A DNA stretch of 64,000 nt, taken from sequence record PP856017.1; one strand, written 5' to 3'. The notes beneath the pieces are model-generated. The model ran no database searches and was not told the origin of the DNA. It saw only the letters and a program-made list of their open reading frames with translations. Of the stretch, positions 38,085 to 48,430 are shown in pieces. Each line of letters opens with the position of its first letter. Positions within the stretch are counted from its first letter, which is position 1. A program made the position numbers and the translations under genes.

Positions 38085-38504
38085 TTACTTGATGATGCCG
38101 TATTTACGAGCAGCACCGGCGATTGCGGGATCGACACGTTTCGATTTATATTTCACGCCATCGATCGTTTCGATACGTTGATTAAACGTAACTTCACGTT
38201 CTTCTCGCAGCAGTCGGCCGCCCAAAGCCATATTGATCCGCTGCAAACCTTTTCGGACATGGCCAGACGAGCCTTCGCTGGTATTAGCCAAGTCGCTGAT
38301 TTCTCGACGGAGTTGTTCAGGAAAATCATTGAACTCCTTGGAAATCAATTCAATCACCTCCGGATGACCGCACTGTTTCAGAATAATACGAGCGATTTTA
38401 CGCGCATTATCCTTAGAAATATAAGTACCACGGTCATTCGAGACGAAACTCTTCCACTTATGAAGAGGCTCGTTAACCATTACCATTTTTAATGCGATAC
38501 TCAT
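38085..38504 (-). CDS. hypothetical protein (139 aa)
   Basis: ORF following a terminator and an AT-rich gap. Confidence 0.65.
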   Translation of the reverse strand: MSIALKMVMVNEPLHKWKSFVSNDRGTYISKDNARKIARIILKQCGHPEVIELISKEFNDFPEQLRREISDLANTSEGSSGHVRKGLQRINMALGGRLLREEREVTFNQRIETIDGVKYKSKRVDPAIAGAARKYGIIK

Positions 38505-38553
38505 AAATTATCCTGAACTTAAAAACCACTCAAGTTATTAGGAGTTGGTGTAG

Positions 38554-38585
38554 AAAAAAAATCCCGGAACTTCAGTCCGGGATTC
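38554..38585 (-). terminator. intrinsic terminator
   Basis: aatcccgga/tccgggatt stem next to an A-run. Confidence 0.65.
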
Positions 38586-38603
38586 TCTTAGATGAGGCTA
38601 GGC

Positions 38604-39689
38604 TTATTCAGCCTGTGCGCCTTGCATCTTGCGGATGCGGTTGGTGATTTCCTGTGCGCCTTGCAGACCGATCTCGAAAGCATTCTCGACGCGACGACGA
38701 GGCATATACACCTCATTGCTGCGACGATCGTATTCGAAGCCGAACATACGGCATGCCATCACGAAATCGTAGAGACAGCCTTCAGCCCAGGCCGGCTCCA
38801 TGCCGATTGCCTGACGCGCACAATTCACACCCGTCGTGCAAACGAGCGTGCCAGCGAAACCTTTTTCCGTAAAGCTGAAACGGTCATGGATGATCACGTT
38901 CATGCCGGGATGAACGACGATGATGTACAGACGACGATACGACTTTTCGTCCAGGAACCGAACTGTCTTGGTTCCCGACACAGCGACGCCTTGCTCGTCG
39001 ATGAACACAGCCGAGGTCAACGGATCATAGTAGCCCGTACCATTGCCGATATCTTCGTCTTGCACATCACTTGCTTCGAACTCGTAATGTGCGTGAATCA
39101 ACCCGACTGCAAACAAGTTGTTCAGCCCCACGATCTTCGTGCGACCTTCCTCGTAATTGGACGTCATCTTGGCTTCGACAGCTTCGTCGGAGTTCGTTTT
39201 GACGTTGATCGTGAGAACGTTCTTCTTATTCATCTTCATCTCCCCAGCAGGTGAAATGCCATAAGCGGCATTGATTCGTTCCTGAGTCAGCGTCCGAGTC
39301 GCTTCCAGACGCGCATCGTTCGAATTCATTTTCTCGATGGCTTCTAAACGTTCGTCATCAAAGACGAGCGGGTTTTGTTCCATGACCCGGAACATGTTTG
39401 TGCGAGTCACCAAAGAAAGACCCCACGCGTCCCAGTCATTGCTGTTCTTCGTTTTCTGAAGTTCGCCATTGTTTTCCATGGCGTACAACTGAATGAGAAC
39501 TTCGTCCTGAGTCGCTTCGATCCCAGCCTTCTTGATGTGCAGCTTGATAGCTGCCAACGTGCAGGTGGTTTCCTGACCCTTGTTGAAGAGGGCACGAAGG
39601 ATGACATTGTTCATCTTGATGATGTTTTCGTTATTCATGGTTTTCTCTCCTTGAGAAAGTTTTAAGCGGAATCGAATAGTCGATTCCAT
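38604..39689 (-). CDS. hypothetical protein, possible N-terminal winged helix
   Basis: 361 aa ORF; real start probably MNNENII after GGAGAG. Confidence 0.65.
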   Translation of the reverse strand: MESTIRFRLKLSQGEKTMNNENIIKMNNVILRALFNKGQETTCTLAAIKLHIKKAGIEATQDEVLIQLYAMENNGELQKTKNSNDWDAWGLSLVTRTNMFRVMEQNPLVFDDERLEAIEKMNSNDARLEATRTLTQERINAAYGISPAGEMKMNKKNVLTINVKTNSDEAVEAKMTSNYEEGRTKIVGLNNLFAVGLIHAHYEFEASDVQDEDIGNGTGYYDPLTSAVFIDEQGVAVSGTKTVRFLDEKSYRRLYIIVVHPGMNVIIHDRFSFTEKGFAGTLVCTTGVNCARQAIGMEPAWAEGCLYDFVMACRMFGFEYDRRSNEVYMPRRRVENAFEIGLQGAQEITNRIRKMQGAQAE

Positions 39690-39709
39690 TGTGGTCCTAC
39701 GGGTACTAC

Positions 39710-39964
39710 TTAAGCCAGAGCCGTTTCGAACTTCAGGGTTTCCAGCTTGCCTGCACGATACAGAACGCTTTCAACGCGACGCAGTTGATGACCAAACTTC
39801 TTGCGCATCGTTTCAGCTTCGCCCAGCGTGAGATTCATTCCGCGGGTTGCTTCCATCTTGGCAAGCAGTTCTTCACGGGCTTTGACCAGCTTCTTGACAC
39901 GGATCGAGAAGAGGACGGTATTCTTGAGGATATTCTTAAACATGTTGTTCTCCTGGTGACGCAT
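39710..39964 (-). CDS. small basic coiled-coil protein
   Basis: Start probably MFKNIL after AGGAG; early motif upstream. Confidence 0.6.
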   Translation of the reverse strand: MRHQENNMFKNILKNTVLFSIRVKKLVKAREELLAKMEATRGMNLTLGEAETMRKKFGHQLRRVESVLYRAGKLETLKFETALA

Positions 39965-40006
39965 TTTGGAAGGTATATTCAGTCATCATTGCTGAATGTC
40001 ACCGGA

Positions 40007-40015
40007 GTTATATAT
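40007..40015 (-). promoter_or_regulatory. early-type promoter motif ATATATAAC
   Basis: Intergenic match. Confidence 0.5.
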
Positions 40016-40046
40016 AGCTGAAATTCTTTGCAATGCGATTTTACAG

Positions 40047-40081
40047 CAAAAGAAAATACCGGGAAAATCCCGGTATTTTCA
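40047..40081 (-). terminator. intrinsic terminator
   Basis: gaaaataccggga/tcccggtattttc. Confidence 0.7.
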
Positions 40082-40089
40082 TTCAGTAG

Positions 40090-41166
40090 TTACACCTCGA
40101 CACGATAGTCTTTATCCACAAAACCAAGTGTGTCGATGTTCTTCTTGTTCCTCAGATGGGGATTCCACCAAAAGGGTTTTCCATTCCGGATCTTGACATG
40201 ACCACGAACAAAAGAGGCACGGCGCTCGATATGGTATTTATGCTTACTCGAAGCGGCCTTGACTTCTTCCATGCTCTCAAATTCTTTATTCACTTTGACC
40301 AATGTCAAAACTCGGTAAGTATAGAAAGGAAGCTGACGAACAGGAATTCCCGACGCTTCTTTCTGCGTCGGGGTGTAACGACGTACTGGCGCATTGGCAC
40401 AGTTCAGGTAACGAAGAATCTCGTTAACCTGATAATAATCAGAATTCGACCAATGCCGCGCTGTCGTTACGTATTGAGCGTATTGCGGAGATTGACTGTA
40501 ATCGGCATTCGGTAACCGATGCGACATCTTTCTTGCACCACGCAGTGCCAGCATTTCTTGCTCAGAGAGCACCATGAAATTGGCTGCCTTTATATTCCCT
40601 ATCGCTGCTTGTACAACATCGTCCGGCGAGCCTTCAGCTACGCCCGTAAAGCAGATCGGCAAATTAAGCTCTTCATGTATCGCAAGCGCCATGGCATAGC
40701 GATTATCGATGTTCGAACATTTCGGATAAACGAATCCATCTTTACCGACGGTGAAGACATCGAAGATCCTCAAATCGCTATTGAGATTAGGAGCAATTTC
40801 CTCATCACGATAAGCCTTGGCGTTTTCACGTTCGCCTTTGACCTTGTTCAGAGATCTCTGAACACAGAGAATCAGAATCGATTCATTCTCGAACACACAG
40901 ATGGGAAAGGGCAGCCGGCAGTGTTCCCGGTAATCAGAAAACCGAGAGTTCATCTTCTCGATATCCATATTGGCATCCATCTTCATTCCGTAGATCATTT
41001 CAAACTGATCGTTGTACGGTTCAGAATTGATCAGCTCGTACGGAATCACGAACTTGACGGCTTGGACGATGTACTTACGAATCAGCGCCAGATTCTCTTT
41101 ACTGATCTGATTCGACATGGATTTGATAAAACCCGTCTTAGTGACGACTTGTTGACTAATCAGCAT
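40090..41166 (-). CDS. hypothetical early protein (358 aa) with C-terminal VRGH...WWxPH motif
   Basis: AT-richer ORF; promoter motif at 41228. Confidence 0.7.
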   Translation of the reverse strand: MLISQQVVTKTGFIKSMSNQISKENLALIRKYIVQAVKFVIPYELINSEPYNDQFEMIYGMKMDANMDIEKMNSRFSDYREHCRLPFPICVFENESILILCVQRSLNKVKGERENAKAYRDEEIAPNLNSDLRIFDVFTVGKDGFVYPKCSNIDNRYAMALAIHEELNLPICFTGVAEGSPDDVVQAAIGNIKAANFMVLSEQEMLALRGARKMSHRLPNADYSQSPQYAQYVTTARHWSNSDYYQVNEILRYLNCANAPVRRYTPTQKEASGIPVRQLPFYTYRVLTLVKVNKEFESMEEVKAASSKHKYHIERRASFVRGHVKIRNGKPFWWNPHLRNKKNIDTLGFVDKDYRVEV

Positions 41167-41227
41167 TTTGGCTCTCCAAAGAGAATTTTAAAAGAATGAA
41201 ATTGATTCTTTACAGAATCTCCCATCA

Positions 41228-41236
41228 GTTATATAT
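41228..41236 (-). promoter_or_regulatory. early-type promoter motif ATATATAAC
   Basis: Intergenic match just after the helicase terminator. Confidence 0.5.
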
Positions 41237-41255
41237 GTTTGTCTTATTTTAAAAG

Positions 41256-41305
41256 ACAAAAAAAAATAAGCACACTACCATGCCCGAAGGCATGGTAGTG
41301 TATGC
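41256..41305 (-). terminator. cUUCGg intrinsic terminator of the helicase gene
   Basis: cactaccatgcc-cgaa-ggcatggtagtg (41273-41300) with A-run. Confidence 0.8.
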
Positions 41306-42945
41306 TAGATTCCCAACGTTACGTTGTGATGCATCGTCGTACTGATCAATGCTTTCTCTTTCATCAAGTCTCGCTTGGACTTGTGATAGGTCATGTGCTT
41401 CGAGATGTTTGTACACACAAAGTACACAAACGTCGGAACACGATCCGAACCGTAAAGCTTTTTGAGATCGCGCAAGCGACCCAGGCTTTGGAGGTTGGAC
41501 TGAATCGAATCGATAGCAACTGTCAAAATCACTGTCGTCAGATTCGGAATGTCGATAGCGGTGCCTGCCTTTTGCAAGGTAGCGAAGATAACGTCAGACT
41601 GCAACGCATCGGCTAGCGAATCCCCCTGGTTGTATTTTGCCAACTTCAAGTCAGGCATGATCTGCTTGTAGTACATCATTGCATCTTCGCACATCTTTCG
41701 AGTTGCAAAGTAGATGAGGCACTTCTCGCCTGGCTTTCTTTCAAAGAAGTACGTCTTGCGCATTACCTCGTAAACCATCAAGTAGTATTGCTTGTATAGT
41801 TTCGTAGAACGCTGCAACGATTTCTCAAACTCCACATGGGAATACGACGTTCTTCCACGAGCCGTTGTCTTGATTCGACGAGGTTCATGAATGTCATACA
41901 GCCATGCGATAGATCTGATATACTTCCTGTACTCAGGAACCTTCATCCGATTTTCCATCGGATAGGCCATCTTGTACATGTCCACAATAAACGAGTTGCG
42001 GTGAAGCAAAGTCGCCGACAGGGACAAAGACTGCTCGACATGTGTAAACAGATCGAACAGGAAGTTCGCATGAAAGTCCTGATGCGTTTCGTCAATGATC
42101 CGGAAACCAAAGCCGCACGCTTGCATGAACTCCCACGGGAAGATACGGAACCCAGGAACATATTCTCCGGGCGGCATCTTTTCTTGTTCGGAGATCCAGT
42201 TACGCATCGTGGCATTCGAAACGAACACGAACGTTGGCTCCAACCAACCGTCCATCAGTCCATTGATCAGCCAGATGAGTTTTTCTGAACCGCCTTTATT
42301 ATTCTCGCCACCGATCAGGAGGATCTGTGTCGGCGCAATGTCGCATTGCTTCATGACATCATCGCGCCATTTATCGAGATAGCCAGGCTTCATAAAGCCG
42401 ACAGTTCGATAGCCCCAATGTGCGGCGGCGAAGATCGACAAAGCCGATTTGCCACCACCAGTCTGGAGTCCCAACAATTTTGAAACGATCTCGGGGTTCT
42501 TCAACTGTTCGTAGATTGCGACTTGCTCATCGAACGGCTTGAAGTGATCCTTGATCTTGATTTCTACCTTAACCGATTCGTAGACCGGTTCAATTGTGTA
42601 AGATACGTCCTCAGGTCTGGCGCCTGCCTTATTCAGGATGTCCTTAAACAGAGGCAAGCTGTTGATGTGAAAACGATACTCCATGTCCGGATGATTCCAA
42701 TCGGTCTCAAGCGGAGGAGCTTCCAGTTTTGCTTGTGTTGGCGGCGAAGAGTAGGAATCCTGGAAGGCTTCAAATTTCTCACCTCCCGCTTCTTCCCAGT
42801 CCCAATACTCGAACCAGGAAGCGAATTTCGCCACGATCTTTCTAGCCGCCGGAGAGTGCTCGCCAAACTTTACGCTGAAGTGATGGCTGAACACACGGAC
42901 GTTTAGCTTACTCATCGTGCAAAAAACCCCATAGGCATAGCTCAA
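41305..42945 (-). CDS. SF2 DExH helicase (gp75-like)
   Basis: Walker A LQTGGGKS, IIDETH, SLSAT, QSLGRLR. Confidence 0.9.
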   Translation of the reverse strand: MSYAYGVFCTMSKLNVRVFSHHFSVKFGEHSPAARKIVAKFASWFEYWDWEEAGGEKFEAFQDSYSSPPTQAKLEAPPLETDWNHPDMEYRFHINSLPLFKDILNKAGARPEDVSYTIEPVYESVKVEIKIKDHFKPFDEQVAIYEQLKNPEIVSKLLGLQTGGGKSALSIFAAAHWGYRTVGFMKPGYLDKWRDDVMKQCDIAPTQILLIGGENNKGGSEKLIWLINGLMDGWLEPTFVFVSNATMRNWISEQEKMPPGEYVPGFRIFPWEFMQACGFGFRIIDETHQDFHANFLFDLFTHVEQSLSLSATLLHRNSFIVDMYKMAYPMENRMKVPEYRKYIRSIAWLYDIHEPRRIKTTARGRTSYSHVEFEKSLQRSTKLYKQYYLMVYEVMRKTYFFERKPGEKCLIYFATRKMCEDAMMYYKQIMPDLKLAKYNQGDSLADALQSDVIFATLQKAGTAIDIPNLTTVILTVAIDSIQSNLQSLGRLRDLKKLYGSDRVPTFVYFVCTNISKHMTYHKSKRDLMKEKALISTTMHHNVTLGI

Positions 42946-42992
42946 AGGATTGGGCTACTGTATGTTTTATCGAGGTTCGATTAGAAAAATTA

Positions 42993-43017
42993 ATGGGAGA
43001 GCCGAAGCCCTCCCATC
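42993..43017 (-). terminator. cUUCGg hairpin after the nvRNAP beta-prime C-terminal subunit gene
   Basis: atgggagagc-cgaa-gccctcccat (imperfect stem). Confidence 0.6.
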
Positions 43018-43021
43018 GCGT

Positions 43022-45028
43022 TTACACCCTTGGCAACAACTCCGGATGGAGAATCGCCGACATCGGATGATCCGGACGATTCTTGTAGATGAAGCTTTCC
43101 ACCGAACTGAAAACGATTGTATGTTTTTCGAACGCCATCGTTGCAGAGAGATCGCGCATTGCCATCGCACGACTCATGACGCCGATGCCTTTCTTCGACC
43201 AAGGCTTGGGTAGGGCGAACTGTCCGTTGGCAGCAGAACGAATCATGATACCATACACAGCCACAGAAACCTGTGCCATGTTGATCTGCAACTCGCTATT
43301 GAGCAGTTCGTAGGTATCGATCAGGAATGAATCCACGTCGGTGAATTGATCGCGAATCTCTTCCCGTTTCACTTCCGACTCGATATGGGATTTGAATCCC
43401 AGCGAGAAGTCGATAAGCGAATCGTTCTTCATCGGGACAAAAGCGAAGGGCTTACTGCAATCCCATTTGCTCATGTCGATCACGAAGTTGTTCTTCGCGT
43501 CGATTTCCCAATACTGCTCCTTCACGTACTTGAGCATCTCGTGAGAGAAACTTGCCATACGCTTGCCGGTGCCAAGAATGAACGGACGACGATCGATGAA
43601 CTCGATCTTGCCACGGTTCAGGATCTCCAGAGACATCGAGCCAATCTCCGTAATCCGACTGATCGAAACTCGATCGATTTCGGTGAGATACATCACGTCT
43701 GTCAAGGATTTTCCTTCCTCGTGACCGATGATCATCTTAAACGGCATGCCCTGCATCTCTGGCGTGAAGTAATACGAGATCCCGTCTTTACCAACGGCGA
43801 GATACTTCGCATCTTCATCCACCACTCTCAGCTTCTGCACCACGCTGTTAGCCAGGTAATGCTTCTTCGACAACTGACGCTGAATAATAAACGCGTACAG
43901 GTCGGTGGTCATCAGCTGACCGAGATTGGTACGTTTCGGGATCGTGAGACTGATCGCGCCCAGGCAACATTCACACACGCCGTTCGGATCAGGATGCGCA
44001 CAATGCAGAATGTTCCGCATGTGAATGATCTGACCGATCAGGTGTTCGTCCGTCGTCTTCAACTCCATGAGCGTCTGAGTCGGGTCACGAGGATCGTAGT
44101 AATATACGCCCTCGTTCAGTTCCAGATCGCTGGCAGTTAAGCCATTTTCTTCCCTGATCTTGAACGGAATGAATCCCGTCGTACCACAGTCGCCCGGATG
44201 CACGTTCATCAGGATTTCATTCAAGATCTCCTGACGCCGCGACTGATATACCGCATCTTCCAGTTCAGCTTTGGTAGCCTCAATGGCCTGCGATGCCTTA
44301 CGCGACTCGACCATGTTGTCATACAGACTCCGATGGCCGTCGGTATAATTCGACATCAGCGGATACTTGAAGATCTCGCCACCGAGATCCTCGATGTAAC
44401 CAGTCGGCGCAATTGCCTGCACCAGCTGATTCGTCTTGATGACGCCCGCTCGTGCCATACGGACAGCACGATTGTTCTTGATTTCGGGGATTTCCGATTT
44501 CGAGATCAACCGCGTGATGCCTTGAGTCGTTCCCAACACCGACTCTTCCGTAGGCCGCATGTTCTCCAGAAGCTCAGCGACTTCGGGCACCTTGAACAAC
44601 TTCATGACATCCTTGATGGACACGGTCGAAACCGACGTACCCATCTTGACTGCCAGCAGGTTGTACATGACATTGCCATACTCGTAAAACTCTTTGGTGA
44701 GTTCTTCAAGCAGGTCATAGTCACCAAAGCGTCCATTCTTCTTGTACGCTTCGTAGATGTCCCAGTGCATGATGTTCAGCAAGTCCATGTGCATGTTCTT
44801 GTTGAACGTCTTCTTTTTCATCGAATGCGAGATGTGATGTCGCATCTTCAGCGGGATAGGACGCTTGCGAATCCAATCCCACATCGGCATCGTGAAGTTG
44901 GTTTCACGATCATTGGTGAACAACTGGCCGTCCTCGAACTCCAGATAAAATTCACCAGTCAGTGTATCGGCGAGTTGTCTCGGCGAATACTTCAGCAAGT
45001 CCTCAGCTGGAAAGATAATGTCCGACAT
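43022..45028 (-). CDS. non-virion RNA polymerase beta-prime C-terminal subunit (gp74-like)
   Basis: HPGDCGT, CAHPDPNGVCECC zinc site, QRQLSKKH; synteny. Confidence 0.88.
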   Translation of the reverse strand: MSDIIFPAEDLLKYSPRQLADTLTGEFYLEFEDGQLFTNDRETNFTMPMWDWIRKRPIPLKMRHHISHSMKKKTFNKNMHMDLLNIMHWDIYEAYKKNGRFGDYDLLEELTKEFYEYGNVMYNLLAVKMGTSVSTVSIKDVMKLFKVPEVAELLENMRPTEESVLGTTQGITRLISKSEIPEIKNNRAVRMARAGVIKTNQLVQAIAPTGYIEDLGGEIFKYPLMSNYTDGHRSLYDNMVESRKASQAIEATKAELEDAVYQSRRQEILNEILMNVHPGDCGTTGFIPFKIREENGLTASDLELNEGVYYYDPRDPTQTLMELKTTDEHLIGQIIHMRNILHCAHPDPNGVCECCLGAISLTIPKRTNLGQLMTTDLYAFIIQRQLSKKHYLANSVVQKLRVVDEDAKYLAVGKDGISYYFTPEMQGMPFKMIIGHEEGKSLTDVMYLTEIDRVSISRITEIGSMSLEILNRGKIEFIDRRPFILGTGKRMASFSHEMLKYVKEQYWEIDAKNNFVIDMSKWDCSKPFAFVPMKNDSLIDFSLGFKSHIESEVKREEIRDQFTDVDSFLIDTYELLNSELQINMAQVSVAVYGIMIRSAANGQFALPKPWSKKGIGVMSRAMAMRDLSATMAFEKHTIVFSSVESFIYKNRPDHPMSAILHPELLPRV

Positions 45029-45033
45029 ACGAC

Positions 45034-47304
45034 TTAACCTTCCTTCGTAAAGAGTTTTCTAAGATACGACGAAACCCGTTTCACAGCGTTCGTGGCCGTT
45101 CGCGCCATCCGTTGGAAGGTGCTGGTGGATTCGAACAGATGCTCGCGGTTCTTGTCGATGTAGGAGTCGCGGTATTGGATTTCCGGATCCTTGTATTTTT
45201 GGAAGACGAACTTATACCCGTTGCAGTCCAGAATGTGCTTGAACAGTTTAAGGGCCCGATTGTTACCAAGCGGGATATGGTTTCGATCGACACCACGTTC
45301 GATGTTGGTCGGCGTTTCCGAATCCAGGACCGAATACACATACTCGCGGTGAGTTGCGAGCGAGTTGTTACGATCCAGCAGGTCTGCTGCAACTTGACCG
45401 CCACAATACGACATGATGATCCGCAGTTCTGCTTCGGAGATTGCCTTGACTGCCTGAGTCTTGGCCGGGTTCGAATACTTGTCCGAACTCGTTACCTGAC
45501 CGAGAACACCCAGATGCTGAACCTTCGCGGTATTCGTCGCGATCCAGTCATCAGAGATCTTCTCCAGCAGCATGAAGTACTTGTGACCCATCTCGATGTC
45601 TTCTTCAGTCCATACCCACTGACCGGAATAATCGCGATACTCCACAGGCCCAACACGTGGCGGGAATTCTGCTTCACATGCTTCGACGGCTTGTCGCCAA
45701 GCTGTCATGTTGTGTGTCGGACTGAGGATGTGAATGCACGGGAACTTCAGCAGCCACGACAAATGCAATGCACGCTTCTCATCCGAGTCAAATTCCTTAC
45801 TCGAATAATGATCGTACATCGTCGGACTGAGAATCTCGTACAGACGAATCAAGTCGCCCCAGACCTTGTCATACGCCCGAGCTTGCTTGGGCATATCTTC
45901 CTGGATCTGCTTCTGGGTCGGCTGTGCTTCAGGTCCGATCTCGATCGTGTTACGAACCGTCGTCAGGAACTCGCGAGTCACCTGATTGAAATACGGCTCA
46001 TACAGACCGCCGAAGTTTTGCCGGTTAAACGGCGACTCCGGTGACATGACCACTTCAGCGCGAACACCGAACTGATTACGCGGCATTTCGTCGTCAGGCA
46101 GAACGTGACACACAACGCCCTTGTCGCCCGCACAACCAGTTGCCTTGTTACCGATGTTCGGCAGCACCGTATACTGGATCTTGAACTCGACTCGCCAATC
46201 GTCGATCGGTGCTTTGTGATACAACTTCTGCACCACATCGCCGATGTCATAATCGGTCATCGCGCATGCTTCCAGAACGAGACGATGGAATTCGTCCGTC
46301 AGATACATCTCGCCCCGACGAGCCTTGAACTGGATGTTGTACTCTTCGAGGATTTCGCGATAGAACCGATCCGTCAGATCCTTGTAGAACTCGACCTGAT
46401 CGTTCATGCCATTGGGCAGGGAACGATTGTCGTGATAGACCATGACGTCGATGATCTCGCCTTCACCTGCACGAGTATACAACTTTTCATCGTACGTCAT
46501 ATCCAGCATCATGGTATCGTAAATACCCATGCTGCACACCGAGAGTCGCTCATCGAACTCTCGGGTAGCCATCAACAGACCGTCAGGACGAATGCGTTCG
46601 CCCACATCTTTGAAGATTTTATAACGTTTGAGAGGGTCTTCGGACCTCGGGTCACCGAACAGATTCAGACCGTAACGATTCTGACCCCAGCTGGCAGTAC
46701 GAGTCTCAATCATGTTGAAACTCATCTTCTTCAGAGCGGATTCGGAAATCAGAATACCGTCTTCAGACACTGCTGGGTGACTCATGTTGGCGAACATGAG
46801 ATTCAGACCGTAACCATAACCACCGCCTTGCTTAATCGATGGCGATGTCAGAAACTCAGTTCCCTCCTCGAAACTTGCTCCTTTCGCAATGCGGCCGAAG
46901 TCGGCCGTCTTGTTATACCGGAAACCAAAGTACTGGTGTTCCAGCGAATAGTCACGCAGGTCCAGACAACCGATTTGACGCGTTTTCAAATCAACATAAA
47001 TCGCGATCCTTTGAGGATTCTTGATTGTTCGGTTGACAGTACGTGAACGTGGAAAGCGATCGACGACACGAAGAATCTCGATATCGCTCGGTGCTTTGAC
47101 GGAAAAGCTATACTCCCCGAATCGTGCTTCGGTTCCAGTTTGCCAATAACGCTCTTCGGAACCTGAGATGACAAGTGCTTGCGGCAAGTGCCCAGCGAAC
47201 ATCACCTTCCGAGGACCGCTATTTACATCGACCCACGGATCCATCGAATTGTTTGAAAGAAACTCTGCGTAGAGCTCGCTTGGATGACGTGCTAATGTTG
47301 TCAT
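45034..47304 (-). CDS. non-virion RNA polymerase beta subunit C-terminal part (gp71-73-like), uninterrupted
   Basis: HPAVSEDG, GNKATGCAGDKGVV, NRQNFG, KAISEAE; likely start MTTLARH at 47304. Confidence 0.9.
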   Translation of the reverse strand: MTTLARHPSELYAEFLSNNSMDPWVDVNSGPRKVMFAGHLPQALVISGSEERYWQTGTEARFGEYSFSVKAPSDIEILRVVDRFPRSRTVNRTIKNPQRIAIYVDLKTRQIGCLDLRDYSLEHQYFGFRYNKTADFGRIAKGASFEEGTEFLTSPSIKQGGGYGYGLNLMFANMSHPAVSEDGILISESALKKMSFNMIETRTASWGQNRYGLNLFGDPRSEDPLKRYKIFKDVGERIRPDGLLMATREFDERLSVCSMGIYDTMMLDMTYDEKLYTRAGEGEIIDVMVYHDNRSLPNGMNDQVEFYKDLTDRFYREILEEYNIQFKARRGEMYLTDEFHRLVLEACAMTDYDIGDVVQKLYHKAPIDDWRVEFKIQYTVLPNIGNKATGCAGDKGVVCHVLPDDEMPRNQFGVRAEVVMSPESPFNRQNFGGLYEPYFNQVTREFLTTVRNTIEIGPEAQPTQKQIQEDMPKQARAYDKVWGDLIRLYEILSPTMYDHYSSKEFDSDEKRALHLSWLLKFPCIHILSPTHNMTAWRQAVEACEAEFPPRVGPVEYRDYSGQWVWTEEDIEMGHKYFMLLEKISDDWIATNTAKVQHLGVLGQVTSSDKYSNPAKTQAVKAISEAELRIIMSYCGGQVAADLLDRNNSLATHREYVYSVLDSETPTNIERGVDRNHIPLGNNRALKLFKHILDCNGYKFVFQKYKDPEIQYRDSYIDKNREHLFESTSTFQRMARTATNAVKRVSSYLRKLFTKEG

Positions 47305-47368
47305 TGAACCATCCATTCTGTTTTGAAAGTTATACTGTTGGTGAACTCTTGACAGTATCCAATAGATA

Positions 47369-48004
47369 TCAGGGTTCGATATAATAATATATGCCGCTGA
47401 ATTTTGACCCTGGTTTCTTGGATTCTGCAAAACGCCACATGAGGGTATTGAGGTTAACCCCTAACTCTCTTGCTGCTTGACTTATAGACGGGTATACTAC
47501 ACCGTCGATCGAAACAGCTTTGCTGGTGGATTTCCAGGCCTTTTCCATCTTACCTGTAATCGCGTTCCGTTTTCCAACCTCGCTTTGTTTTAATTTGTTT
47601 TCCGGTGACCATTTTCCACCATGACCGGCAACCGCTGAGTTGGTAAACACATTGAACAATTTTCCTGATCCAATATGTTTGTCGAGTAATAGCTGCTCGA
47701 TTTTGTAACCTTCATCGCGGTCTGCTACCCGAATGAAACTTATTCGAAGTGCTTTATTTTTGGCAGCATTATAATGTTTCTGAAACGAACTGTTTCCATG
47801 CTCGTTCCTTTTCAGGTCAAGAGTGTGGGCATAGATTCGTTTATAAAGATCATTGGTGCTGCCGATATAATACATGTCGCATTCTTCCAGAAGAAGAATG
47901 TATACGGCATGAATAGAATGCGTTTTGCGGTGGAGCTTCGTTTGTCCATTCTTGACAGCAGACAGCTCGGTAGAAAGAATTTGGTCAATCCGATCTTGAT
48001 TCAT
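47369..48004 (-). mobile_element. free-standing GIY-YIG homing endonuclease
   Basis: AVYILL...YYIGSTNDLYKRI..H, conserved E/N, C-terminal IDGVVYPSISQAARELG DNA-binding module; AT-rich. Confidence 0.88.
47384..47392 (-). promoter_or_regulatory. early-type motif ATATATTAT inside the endonuclease 3' end
   Basis: About 80 nt upstream of the nvRNAP beta start. Confidence 0.45.
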
Positions 48005-48039
48005 TTCCTTTTTAAATAGTCAGGATAGTATTCCCAACA

Positions 48040-48048
48040 GTAATATAT
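48040..48048 (-). promoter_or_regulatory. early promoter ATATATTAC
   Basis: Exact phiKZ early consensus TATATTAC, 36 nt upstream of the GIY-YIG ATG. Confidence 0.65.
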
Positions 48049-48073
48049 TTCTCAACTTTTTTACAGGAAGACT

Positions 48074-48415
48074 ATGCCATCCATCATCGACAACATCGAT
48101 AATCAGGGTCCGGCGATCTATTATTCGGACACATTCAGACAGATGATCGAAGATCACCTGGATGTACTCAAAACGATGTCTACGACACAAGTTCGTGCGA
48201 TCACCGACGATGATTGGGCGACGTTGTACAAATATGAAGGTGACTTCTACGGTCTTCTCGGAGCGTTACAGTTCGATCGTCGGTACCACTGGACGATCAT
48301 GCGCATGAACGGTTATCGTAGCCGGTTCGAAGCTACGACCGATATCTCTACGCTCCTGTTGCCCGACTGGTCCTACGTGGACAAGCTTGCACAGCTGAGT
48401 AAAGAGAAGAAGTAA
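48074..48415 (+). CDS. conserved small protein, possibly LysM/gpX-like virion component
   Basis: YKYEGDFYGLL...WTIMRMNG...LLLPD; AGGAAG RBS. Confidence 0.55.
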   Translation: MPSIIDNIDNQGPAIYYSDTFRQMIEDHLDVLKTMSTTQVRAITDDDWATLYKYEGDFYGLLGALQFDRRYHWTIMRMNGYRSRFEATTDISTLLLPDWSYVDKLAQLSKEKK

Positions 48416-48430
48416 ATAAACAAAAGAAAA

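Noticed and set aside
47305-47430. N-terminal extension of the nvRNAP beta ORF, or a possible intron around the GIY-YIG gene
   Set aside because: The conserved beta N-terminus begins at about 47304 and no upstream exon or group I core was seen, so the nuclease is treated as free-standing
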